Origin: Seison nebaliae
Lineage: Eukaryota
NCBI GenBank assembly: GCA_023231475.1
Contig: JALJEE010000145.1
Coordinates: 1-64,000 of the forward strand
DNA length: 64,000 nt
Direction: 5' to 3'
In this document: one piece after another, positions 22,842-34,654 of the stretch
How the letters are laid out: each line of letters starts with the position of its first letter
Numbering within the stretch: the stretch's first letter is position 1
The notes under the pieces: model-generated
Seen by the model: only the letters and a program-made list of their open reading frames with translations
Databases searched by the model: none
Told to the model about the DNA's origin: nothing
Program-made: the position numbers and the translations under genes

Positions 22842-24374
22842 ATAATTGTACAGTTGATATTGGTTGTTAAATAATTTGAAATAATTCAGTTTTAAGATAA
22901 CAATTTGAAAATTTCTCTTCAATTCTTCTGTTATATCCTTTTATAGTTAATATAATTATGAAAATAATAATATATTCTCTTTTGTTATATCCACATTATT
23001 TTGCGATATTCTTTATCCACTATTTCATTATGACTACATTTTGATTAAACATTAATAAAAATAAATAAAAAATAATATAGAGTGGACACTGTAGCATACA
23101 GTTAGAGCCAGTTATAGCTATATTATATATAATAATTATAGTGTCTATAGATGCTATATATAGAAATATCTAGACAATCTATATGTTACGTAATGTCACG
23201 AAATATTTAGAAAACGATTTTCATTTCGTCCAATGTACGATTTAAACTTGGTACATTATATCTTGACAATATCTCTTTAGATCTTGATAAATTAATATAA
23301 TTGAAGGGATTGTTCTTATCCTTGAGTCTGATTATCTTATCTTAATGGTGTCTATCCGATTATACCTAATACCTCTTAACTGAAATTGTTGGTTCACAAT
23401 TAGTTCAATAATTTCAACTTGAAAGATAACAAATTTTTTAAAATTTATTTAAATTTCTAACGTTGTTCTTCCAGTAGAAAATTATTCTGATGTTTAATTA
23501 GAAACATCCCAATTCGTTGAATTAGGAATAATATTTCGTAATCAAATTTTATCCCAATAATTTGACTGATTATCCCAAATTTCCAGTACAAAAATTAGAT
23601 GTGATTTGACTTAAATTATCAAATAGTATGAGAGGAAGATTAATTAATAGTATAGGTATATAATATTACACATAATTATAAAATTTTATGATAAATCGAT
23701 CTAATGAAGTAAAACTAGTGTTATTGTAGAACAATATTAATGATATTATTCAAAATTCCAATATATTGCTTCTTTAGTTTGATGTTTACCGGTGTGCATA
23801 TAGTAATGTAATGTATTTATAAAAGACTCGTTATATTAATATATGATGCGTGAAATATATTTATATTTTTATCAAGAATATACGACGAATATCTACATAT
23901 ATATGTTCTCACATAGACATTAAAATTTCTAGTATAAGTAGGAATAACTCAAATATTAATTAAAACAACGATAAAGAAATTAAATTTTATGAAAATTAAT
24001 ACTTTCATCATTCAAACAAAAAAATCTTTTAAGAATTATGAAATGCGTAGGAGAAAACTGAACTAAGTTCAAATTCACATTAATTACTAAAAAATCGATG
24101 TTTCATAGTAAGAATATTATTTACTGCACGATGAGAATGTTGAACATCGAATGACCTCATCGAAATTGTCTGAACAATTTTAAACTGTAATTATTAAATG
24201 ATTATTACCTTCCATTTATCATCCACCCTATATAGTTTCATTGTTTTAAATAAGGGATTTGCTTACGAATTTTCATTTTTCATTTTTTTCTTTTACCTAC
24301 TATTCTTACCAAAGTTCTTTTTAGACGAAACTCTAATTTTAGTTGAAGCTTTTTAAGTTTCATTTCGAATAGAT

Positions 24375-24806
24375 ATGTCGGATACGGAAATGTTATTGAC
24401 GGAGAAGACTGAACATTTGGAAACGGAGAAGGAAGATGAACCATGTTGCTTCCTTTTATTTGTGGAATGGACACTCATAGTCATGGCTACAATACTCAAC
24501 TGTTATGCATTATACAACATTCTCAAATATTATGTATCGACCGATGTACATACGGCAAGTCCGCCTGTAGTAATTTCACATGATAATGCATTTCTTCCCC
24601 AGATACTCACTGAATTAAATTCTCTTCATTTCGTCGATATTAACAATAATCGAAATACCGATTTGATTATCCGAGTAGATATGAATAATCATCGTATCTT
24701 TCCAATGATGGCGGGATTACATTTAGTGATGATAACTTTAATCATTCAACTATGTCGATCAATTTATGGGAAATCATCAAAAGAAGAACCATGTGTGGAA
24801 AAATAG
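24375..24806 (+). CDS. Hypothetical small membrane protein with two hydrophobic segments
   Basis: 143-aa ORF with ATG, two TM-like stretches and a downstream AATAAA. Confidence 0.5.
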   Translation: MSDTEMLLTEKTEHLETEKEDEPCCFLLFVEWTLIVMATILNCYALYNILKYYVSTDVHTASPPVVISHDNAFLPQILTELNSLHFVDINNNRNTDLIIRVDMNNHRIFPMMAGLHLVMITLIIQLCRSIYGKSSKEEPCVEK

Positions 24807-25267
24807 TAAATTACTAACGGAAATTATACGTGAAACATTTCCTCTACAATAACACACGTGCAATCATTAAAAATAAATAACTGTTCAATTCTTTTTTGAA
24901 TTTTATAATCATTCCTTCCATTCTCATTTTCATGCACTCTCAATAATTTCTACACGCATTTTGTTCATTTCTTATTGTTCTGTACAAAACTCATTTCAAT
25001 GTACCGTAAAAAGGAAATGCAGTTATTCCATATTTTCTTGTAAAATAAATGAATTTTACTCTAATCTTTTAAACAACAAATATTATCGACAATTTTTAGA
25101 GAATTTAATCATTTAAAAAATCAAAAATTTAATATTACCTAATTTTTAAATTTCTATCATCGATTTTTTGGAAAATTTGCAGAACTAAAACAGGAAGTAA
25201 AAGAACAGGTAGAAAATGTTTTATTGAAGGAAATATTTTATGAAAAAAGGTTCATATAAAATCCTCT

Positions 25268-27928
25268 TTACTTCTCTTGTCCGACTATGGGAACAAACGG
25301 AGTACGATATTGTCGATAAAGATTATCAATCGATATCTCATCGAGACGATTGGGACATCTATTTTTTCTACGATTCTGTTTATCACCGGATATTTTTCCA
25401 TTCTCTCCCACTGTTGTTGTTATAATTGAATCGGTTATAGATGTTGAACTGTTTGTCGATAATTCAGTTGGCGACGGAAACTGTAATTGAGATGATGAAT
25501 TGACGACGGATGAATTGACGACGGATGAATTGACGACGGATGAATTGACGACGGATGAATTGACGACGGATGGATTGACGATAGAGGATGTCGGTTCGAG
25601 AAAATTTAAAATTTCAGTCGATTGTTTAAGGAGATTCTTGTCAGATTTTTTGGAGCACTTCTGTTTGGAGATCATCGTTTGATGATATTCATATAATTCG
25701 TCTTTCTCCTCTTTTGTGAAATTCATCCAATTCATTTCCGCATTATAATTTCGACAACGATATTGTTCATTGGAATAAATCAATCCTTTGTCGACAGCGA
25801 GTCGATATTCTTCAGCTTTCGATTGACGATATTTCGAACGGAAAAATGGCAGGAATGGTAAAACTGTTGATGATGATACATCGACTTCCGAATATCTCGC
25901 CATCATCGGTAACCATTCGAGAACGGCTTTGCCATTGCAAATGTTGTCGGTTGTCAATAACGTTCTAATACGCGCTGGCCACCATGGCGATCCACGAATC
26001 TTTCCCCACACAATATCGTGTCGTTCAACTGCGTATGGTTTCTTTACGTTGTGATTCGTAACAATATAACGATATTTCACCTGATTTTCATTCTCCACAT
26101 TATTCGTCATCGATTGATTTTGACCTTTCCCAATTGATGGATCCGAAGTGGATTTCTTTACATTCTCTGTCAAGTCACTCTTTGTACTCTCCATATTCGT
26201 TTCCAAATGATTCTTATTGTTCTTCTTCTTTTTAACAACTTTTTTTGAAATTTTCATTCGTTTATTAGTTGATCGAATGGAAGAAACATCGGAGGCATTA
26301 TCAATTGTATCGGAATCATTTCCTTTCGAAATCTTCTCTTTCGTACCATTCATATCATTTATCGTTCGTTTGCGACGAGATCCTGTTCTTTTCGTGCTGC
26401 TCGATGTTGCCATCAATGACGAAGATTTCTTCTCCGTTTTTGATCTGCCACCTCGTTTCGGACGTTCACTTTCTAAAATAAAATCTGAATCATTCTTATC
26501 ATCATCACATGAATTATTCTCATGATCATCAATCATATCATCATCATCCTCATCATAATCATAATTATGATAATTGGCAGAAACGTCTTCCTGATCACCA
26601 TTCATGGGACTATCATATTCGCTGGAATTCTTGTAATAATTCCAATTGGATTGGGAGGAATTGTCCAGATTATTGTCGGGCGTAAGAATTTCATTTTTTA
26701 TTGTCAAATTTGACGACTGTTGATTTGATAATAATTGAGTGATAAATTCGTATAATTTCTTGGATAAATATTCTTTCTTCTTTATATGATTCTCATTCTC
26801 CTCCTCACATTTATTCAGTTCTCTCAATTGTCGAAGAATTGAGGAATTGGTCAATAACTTCACATTATCTGCATTATTCGTTAAATTATCCTTCAAATTC
26901 AAAAAAATAGAATTTATATCATCTTGCGTCATAGGAGGACTAACTCCTTCGACTCTCTTTGAATTATTTTCATTCAATAATTTAGTCAATTGATTGTTAA
27001 AATGTATCTCTTGATTTAAATAGTCAAACTTCTCATTTACCGTCGTCGTCGTTGTCGTTGTTGTATTGGTCGTTATAGTTGACGAGATATCTGAGAGAAT
27101 GGAAGATGATGTAGAATTAATTATATTCTTTATCGGTTCCTTTATAATGGAATGGATATAATTCACATCATTCACCGCATCGCTAAATTGGAAATTACAA
27201 CGATTCGTACAATCGACGGAAAACATATCAAAATTCAATTCGAGCGCTTTCTGTTTCAGATCTTTTCTTCTCAAATGTTCTTCTATCATATCAATATCCA
27301 TATCATTCATTGTCGCACTTGCATTTACTGTTGGAGTACCAACTGTTGTTGTTGTTGTTGTTGTTGATGATGATGATGATGATGAAGTGAAGAAATTGAC
27401 AATCGAATTATTCGTCGATATTACCGGGGGAATCGAGGGAGTTCGATGTAACTCTTTAAAAATTTGTAAACAACGAAATTCTTTCGCTATCCGATCATTT
27501 GCCATTCGTATAGTTAAAGCTGAATTTTTCGCCGTTTCCGTATTCGATCCATTAAGAAAACCGTCGGAAGGTATAAGAGAACCGGAAGAATGTTTAAATA
27601 GAATTCCAGAGAATATGTTTCCATTCACATCACAAAAATCGACAACCAGTCCAATATCGCTCATGACGCTGGAAATACGAACGTCCAACGTATCACCCAC
27701 ATGATATTTCACCATCGACGATGTCAATGGTGGTAAGAACTTCCCTCGCTCCTTCTTCCAATTCGACATATCCGAACTATTGATTGTCGTCGTATTCGTA
27801 TGAGTTGACATGGTGAGAGTGGAGGAAGTGAGTATAGACGAAGAAATGGTCAATGAAGATGTCAATGGAAGAGTGAGAGGAATTGATTGTAAAGGAGAAT
27901 CGATTTGAAAAATTTCTAAATTTTCCAT
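25268..27928 (-). CDS. PWWP-domain chromatin protein (PWWP2A/B-like), intronless CDS
   Basis: DIVWGKIRGSPWWPARI; N-terminal LDVRISSV..LVVDF..IFSGILF resembles the PWWP2 N-terminal block. Confidence 0.85.
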   Translation of the reverse strand: MENLEIFQIDSPLQSIPLTLPLTSSLTISSSILTSSTLTMSTHTNTTTINSSDMSNWKKERGKFLPPLTSSMVKYHVGDTLDVRISSVMSDIGLVVDFCDVNGNIFSGILFKHSSGSLIPSDGFLNGSNTETAKNSALTIRMANDRIAKEFRCLQIFKELHRTPSIPPVISTNNSIVNFFTSSSSSSSTTTTTTTVGTPTVNASATMNDMDIDMIEEHLRRKDLKQKALELNFDMFSVDCTNRCNFQFSDAVNDVNYIHSIIKEPIKNIINSTSSSILSDISSTITTNTTTTTTTTVNEKFDYLNQEIHFNNQLTKLLNENNSKRVEGVSPPMTQDDINSIFLNLKDNLTNNADNVKLLTNSSILRQLRELNKCEEENENHIKKKEYLSKKLYEFITQLLSNQQSSNLTIKNEILTPDNNLDNSSQSNWNYYKNSSEYDSPMNGDQEDVSANYHNYDYDEDDDDMIDDHENNSCDDDKNDSDFILESERPKRGGRSKTEKKSSSLMATSSSTKRTGSRRKRTINDMNGTKEKISKGNDSDTIDNASDVSSIRSTNKRMKISKKVVKKKKNNKNHLETNMESTKSDLTENVKKSTSDPSIGKGQNQSMTNNVENENQVKYRYIVTNHNVKKPYAVERHDIVWGKIRGSPWWPARIRTLLTTDNICNGKAVLEWLPMMARYSEVDVSSSTVLPFLPFFRSKYRQSKAEEYRLAVDKGLIYSNEQYRCRNYNAEMNWMNFTKEEKDELYEYHQTMISKQKCSKKSDKNLLKQSTEILNFLEPTSSIVNPSVVNSSVVNSSVVNSSVVNSSVVNSSSQLQFPSPTELSTNSSTSITDSIITTTVGENGKISGDKQNRRKNRCPNRLDEISIDNLYRQYRTPFVPIVGQEK
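25494..25583. repeat. Coding 15-bp tandem repeat encoding SSVVN
   Basis: GATGAATTGACGACG x5 plus one variant unit. Confidence 0.95.
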
Positions 27929-28589
27929 TTGACATTCGAATAAATTCGACTCTTTTTATTCGCCTTTGTTTCAATTTAATTCAGCTTCACAATCACATGT
28001 CCGTCATTCAGCTTAACGAATGAATAAAATTTTCCTTCCAATTAATCAGTTCAGATTCCACATTCGACGACCATCAAAACGGTTTGAGTCAACGTCACTA
28101 GAAGAGTCAACGATAATTGTCGTTTAATCTCCTTAAAAAAAATATTTTAAAATTCAACGGATATTTCTAGATTCGCCAATCGTCAAAACGGTGAATTAAA
28201 GTTTGTCAAAAAAAATTATCTGAGAAAGAGAAGAAAAATTGATTAAGAGAAATTTTTAGTACATCAAATATTCCCAAATGTTCAATATCCCAAAATCTAA
28301 AATCTAGTTTACGTAAAATTGATAAATACTATTTTGATGGTTAATTATAATTAAGATTGGGATGAATGGAATATATCGAATGATTTCATTCGATATTTGT
28401 AAAGTAGAATTATTTCGGAATTATTATTAGACAATAATTCTCTAATAGAATTTACAACGATGTATTGATTGTCTATAAAATATTAGAGATTCTCTACTGT
28501 AGTTGGAGAATGGACAAAAGAAAATGAATTGAGTGAGAATTGAGTCAACAAGAAGATGTTGGATTTGAAGAAGATGAGAGAAAGATGAT

Positions 28590-30230
28590 TCTCTGATAAT
28601 GATGATGATGATGTGATGATGGAATGGAATGGATTGAATCAAATGAATATAATAGATGGAACGGTGAATTGTCTTCTTCAATAGATCGAAGAATGATTCT
28701 ATTCTCTTCATCAATCACGCTTTTGATCTCTCTATATACGTCTCGCTTTTAAGTACGAGAGATGTGTATATTGTCAGTCTCTCTGTCTCTCACTCTCTCC
28801 CTTCATCGTCTTCATAGAAGCGTGTGTGTGTTCTCCCATTTTCACATCTTCCGCTGTCATCTCATTTGAATGGAGGAGATGGGAAATTATATGAAATGGA
28901 GAAATTTATTTTCTTTTTATTTTCTTCCACCGATCATCATCGCCATCCTCTTCTCTTCATCAATCGAATGAGATATTGATATTGATGTGGCACATACTTT
29001 TCATCTTCGCCACTGTTGTTGGTTGTTCGACAATATCGTTCGAATATTCTTCTTCTTCTTCTTCTTCTTCTTCTTCTTCTTTTTTCAATCTTCTCCCATC
29101 GAATAGAAAACATCTCTCTTTCTCTCTCTCTCTCTCTCTCTTTATTCATTCAACTTTCCTTTCTTCCATTTTCTCATATACGAATAAAATAATTACATTC
29201 ATTTCTTCTCTCATTGTTGTTATTGTTGCTTCTCCTATTAGATGTTATTATTGTTGTTGTTTTTATTCCTTCTTCTATTAATTGTTGTTGCTGTTCCTTT
29301 TATTGTTGTTTCTCTTATTAGTTGTTGTTGTTGTTCTTGAAAATATTTTTTTTCTTAAAAAAAATGTCAATAAATGTATCGTTCAATTGCGAACGGATAA
29401 TTCAGTAGGAATCTATTTATATGTCAACGGCCTTCTGCCACCAACATATACAATGATATCGATGAAGGAAAAACATAGACATACGTACCTTCTCCATTAC
29501 ATGCATAAATTAATTTCGTTTATTTATCGCATGCATACCAATTGAATTATTTATATATTTATTGAAAAAACAATATTAATATTAAAAGTTAATTGGAGAT
29601 GTTTCTCTTATTCTCCTGTTAATGACATGATGATGATGATTATTATTATTATAATGATGATGATGATGATGATGATAAATCTTTCTTCTTCCTAGCAGTT
29701 TCTTCCCTAATAACAATAGACACTTGGTCATTTCTTCTTATTCTGTTCCATTTGTTGGTCAGTTATTCGTTTCAAAATTGGAAGAATTTGAATCACCGAA
29801 AGACAAATTAGAATTATTGATAATAAAATAATTGAAATCATCAACAATTAAGTTATGTAACATATTAGAATAAATTTCAAGAGATAAATTTGAAAGTTAA
29901 AGTGAGATAATATTCTTTCGAACCAGTTACTTATTGTGACGAAGATAAAACAGAATATATTCATTCGACGAAATTACGTTTGATGAAGAAAGAACGATAA
30001 GAGAATTAAATAAGACTTCTTCGCTTCATCATTTCTCATATTCGTCGAAGTAATTTATTGTGAGAATTCGAGTGATGAAACCAATCATATGAATATGAAT
30101 GAAGCAACGTCATCGTCTTCCCAATGCCAACTATGATAACAACAAAGTAAAACTGAATAAGAAACAAAAATAACAAAACTAACAACAACAAGAACAACAA
30201 CAATAATAATAATAATAATAATATCACTGT
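28590..30230. repeat. Microsatellite-rich intergenic region between the divergent PWWP and Orai genes
   Basis: (TCT)n near 29047, (TC)n near 29121, and (TTG)n, (GAT)n, (AAC)n, (AAT)n tracts. Confidence 0.8.
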
Positions 30231-30722
30231 TCTTTTTTGATGAAAACAAGTCATGTATCATCGTCGTCAGTGGTGTCGTTGTCGTTCTATGTTATATTGA
30301 TAATATGTTATATGTATATTCTCTTCTCATCTCTTCTTCTTCGATTATCGATTACCTTCTTTCATCATCACCTTTACCTCTAGTTTCCATGGATGTTTCA
30401 TTTTCTTTCTTTCTCTTCATCCCACTCTCACTTAACTCTCCTCTACTGGCGATGTTTCTCTACTATTATCCTCATGGGAACGTCGATTATCTCTTCACAT
30501 TCTTCCACCCAAATATCGAATGATTCATTTTAAGATATTATAAAATAAAATATAAATATTCTTTATAATAACCTTATTCAATAATTTCTCAAATTTAAAT
30601 TATCTAATTTCTCTTATCATAAATTCCATCATTTTCTTCTCATCAAGCTTATTAATGGGAAGATAGATTTTAGATATAGATATTTCCCATATTGATCCCG
30701 AAACATCAAATTCTCTCTCAGA

Positions 30723-32528
30723 ATGAACCAACAGACGAGAATGGACTACTGTCTAAATGTTCCAACATGTCCTTCATCCGGAAGACCATCATCAAATTAT
30801 GATCATTCAATTGATTCCGATTTGATCGATCATCCGGACGATAAATGGAAAACTATGAGAAGAAGTCACAGAAGGAATACGGGTCCAATACGACACATGA
30901 ACAACCGTAAAAGTTTCTTCAATAAATATGGTCGACGATATTTTGGTAGAATTAGAAATCTTCCTCAGACGACTAAAAAACCGAATAACAATCTCTTAGT
31001 ACCAGATTCACAGCCACTCTCAACCAACACTAATAACAATAATAATTTTGAGAAAGATCAAGAGAAGCAGATACTTCCAGTTTTCAATCAATCAGTAATT
31101 CACGAATTATATTTCGCTCGTGCCAAATTGAAAGCGGTAATGAAAACTTCAGCATTATTAAGCGGTTTCGCCATGGTCGCTATGGTCGAACAACAGATCG
31201 AACGAAGTAACAATAACTCGAAAGAATTTCAAACCAAATTCGCCCAATCTCTTCATAACACTTCAATATCGAACGAGGAATCAGCTGATCAATTAGAAGA
31301 TGTGACGATGAATTATCTCTTGATTACTTTCAGTTTCATAACAGCTTTATCCGTCGGAATTCATTTATTAGCATTATTAATAGCAACTTGTATTCTTCCA
31401 CATATCGAAACTTCCATCGAAACTTTCGAACATAATATTCCTTCCTTCACATCACCAATCATCAAAACGAATGATGATGATAATGATTATTACCATTCCT
31501 CCAAAAAAGATAATTTCATATCAAATGATTTCATTCCACATAATCATCAAATGATTCCTCAACAAGTATCACCACCAAATATTCCGTTTCTTATTCTACC
31601 AGAAAAAAGATCACAAAGATCATCACAATCTCTCGACGACAATATTCATGGAGACCATTTCAATGAGAGAGAGTCATTATTTGAAATAAAAGAAAATATG
31701 ATTCCATCAAAACGAAATAGTCTCAGGAAACGATCTTCCATTTTCAATTGTCTCTCAAAAAAACTGAGAAATTTATGTTGTCAATTTTTATGTTTCACGA
31801 AATGTTGTCTCCGATTTAAAAATTCTCAACCAAAATATGATTATGATGCAGAATCATCAAATGGACATAATCAAACACATTGTACGATAATCGATCAGAA
31901 AATCATGTATCCACTCCATCAATGTTATTCGAATACGGATGAAGTGAAAAAAGGACGAGTAAGTCAAAATCGATTCAATGAATCTATTCAACAATATATC
32001 GAACTATCATGGATATTATCAACTGGTATTGGTATATTCTTATTCTTACTTGACTTAGTTCTTGTTGCTGCAGTTAAATTCTTTCTTATAAGTCGAATAG
32101 CAATGTTTGCTGCTTTGTCCATCCTCATTCCCATTTTATTCATATTCGTCACTTTTGCTCTAAGATTCTATCGATTACTCGTTAGTTATCGAATAAGACA
32201 ACTCTCCAAAGATCTCGCCATCATACCAAAACATACTTTGCATCGATTCGCTTCACAATCATCTGTTCTCCCTTCATTCATTCAACAGGACCCACACGTT
32301 AAGTGGCATGTTGAAACACCAGTTGATTCGATAGCAGATGAAGAGAAAAGTCGATTATCATCTCAACAGAAAATTCAGGAGAAATTTATGACTGGCAGAC
32401 CATATAAATCAACTGTACTTTTACATTATCAATCAACATCGAAAAATACAACTTTGTCTCCACCCCACAAAAATGAGCGTTCTAGTAGCGACAATTATTC
32501 TACAGCTTCCTCCTCTAAAATCATATAA
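30723..32528 (+). CDS. ORAI: Orai CRAC calcium channel, intronless, with expanded loops
   Basis: [25 protein letters not shown] (TM1 with the selectivity Glu), [35 protein letters not shown]. Confidence 0.95.
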
Positions 32529-32719
32529 TATAATTCATATAAAATCATTTCTTACCATATCTCAAAGAACACAGTCAGAAAAAAAAAAGTATTTATTAAA
32601 TTAAAGTTTATTGTAAACATCAGATCTCTTTCAAAATATTACAATTTATTATTTTATAGTTTCTCTTCATAAATATATTTAGTCTATTCATTTTTCATTA
32701 AAACGTCTATCGAATAAAT

Positions 32720-33823
32720 CTATTCTGGTTGTTGTTGTGTGGAACAATGAATTCCACCACCACCTGATGCTATCGCATTCAATGATAATTGAATAATATC
32801 TCGATCGATATATAAATCTTCCATTATCTTCTTCGCTGCTCTATCGGCGTCTACATCTCCAAATTTCGGCATAATAACTCCTCCATTCACAACATAATAA
32901 TTTACATAACTTAATGCAAAATCATTTAATGGATAAGAAGTTTTTAGATATTTCGGACCTCGAATTATCTGGAATTTACATTATTATTTGTTAAATTAAA
33001 TAGAAATAGAAATAACTGTAATTTTTAATGGATCTCCATTTACATCAGTTGCTGATTGCAAAACTTTCAAATTATTTCGAGTTATTTTGTAGTCGAAAGA
33101 TTCGTTGTCCATTTCCAGATGAACGACAACATGACCTGGTCGAACGAATCGAGCATAAAAGTCTACATGTCCATCAGTAATATCTTTATCTTTCACACCT
33201 TTCAACCAAATGATTTTGTGGACACCTAAATAATATTTCACTTCAGCTAACACATCACTCTTCTTCCAATATTTATTTCGATTGTTTATCAGAACTGAAC
33301 TTTCCGTCATAATTCCTGTACCGATACCATCGACTTCGATGGAACCTCCTTCCATTGTAAGTTCGCTTCTTAAAAATCGTTCTCCTGTCCATTTCGACAT
33401 TTTATTTGCTATCAATTTATCATAATTATGTATCTGCTTCTTTCCCCAACCATTAAAATTGAAAGAAATTGCCGCCCTCTTCTTATGGTCAGAAGAACGA
33501 ACAAATATTGCTCCTGTATCTCGAATCCAAAAATCATTAATATTCGAATAATGATATTCGATTCTCTCATCTAACATTTTATCTGCTTTCGCTTTATCCT
33601 CTCGTTTCATAATCACACTAACTGGCTCATATTCGACAATGGTATTCGCCAATTTTCCCAAATCTTTATAAACGTCATCAGTTCGATCATCCCAAACATA
33701 TTCACTCGTTCCGAACACCATCCAAGTTCTCTTATGTTTCACACTCTCCTCATCAAGAATCCACTTACTCTTAATCCTCATAATTCTGAGGAGGATTAAT
33801 AAACTTAAAAATTTTATTTTCAT
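32720..33823 (-). CDS. Agmatine deiminase / PPAD-family enzyme with a possible signal peptide, 2 exons (intron 32969-33016)
   Basis: NDFWIRDTG, FNFNGWG, EGGSIEVDG.GT, TDGHVDFYARF, SYVNYY..NGG, GGGGIHCSTQQQP; catalytic Asp/His/Cys are present. Confidence 0.93.
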
Positions 33824-34142
33824 ATTATCTAACTAAAAATTAAAAGACAACTCAATCACTTTTATAATGTTTTCGAAAGATTTTATCTATTATCGGACAT
33901 TCTTTTTAAATTTTTGTTTTAGAAAAATTATATTTATTTATTTGAAAAGAAAAAGATGTACAGCGCAACATAACCAACTATATCGGCCATAAAAGAAAAC
34001 TTATACAATTCATGTGTATTTAAAAGAAATTGATCGACACATAATATTATGGTGATGACGTAAGAAATTTAAATTATTCAACGCAAAACAATTCTGATGG
34101 TTTCCCCATTTTCTCAATAAACATATATATTTCATTGATTAT

Positions 34143-34654
34143 TTAACGTTTCCCTCCTTTCTTGGTTGAGGTAGCGGCGGCTGCTGCTTTAGCTGCCTTC
34201 TCTCCCAATAGGGCCGGATGAATGGATGGCAAAACTCCAGCCTGAGGTACAGTAACACCTTTCATTAACTTAAAAACAGAAAATTAATTAAGAGAAATAT
34301 GAGAAAAGTAAATCGAACCATTCGTAGTTCTTCATCACAGAGAACTGCCAAAAGGAAATGACGAGGTTGAATTCTTGTCTTCTTCATTTCTTTCGCTGCA
34401 TTTCCACTCAATTCCAACATCTCTGCTACCAAATATTCAACGACCGAAGTCACATATACAGCTGCATTCCATCCAACACGCTTTCGATGAATGTTCTTTT
34501 GGAGACGTTTAAATCGAGCAACAGGAAAGATGAGATTAGCACGACTCGATCGCGAAACTACTTTCCTTGTCGTCTTCTTAGCTCGACCAGTTGAGGCGGT
34601 AGCCGTCGTACTGGCGGCATTAGCAGCTGGAACAGTGGCGGTAGTTGGAGCCAT
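34143..34654 (-). CDS. Divergent histone H2A variant, 153 aa, 2 exons (intron 34269-34318)
   Basis: [40 protein letters not shown]; exon 2 reads [24 protein letters not shown]...KKGGKR*. Confidence 0.9.

Noticed and set aside
25494..25583. Regular short repeats that could suggest a CRISPR array
   Set aside because: Head-to-tail 15-mers with no spacers, in frame within a eukaryotic CDS
28442..30523. Several 70-100-aa ORFs with poly-R, poly-S or poly-L
   Set aside because: Produced by microsatellites; no homology or splice support
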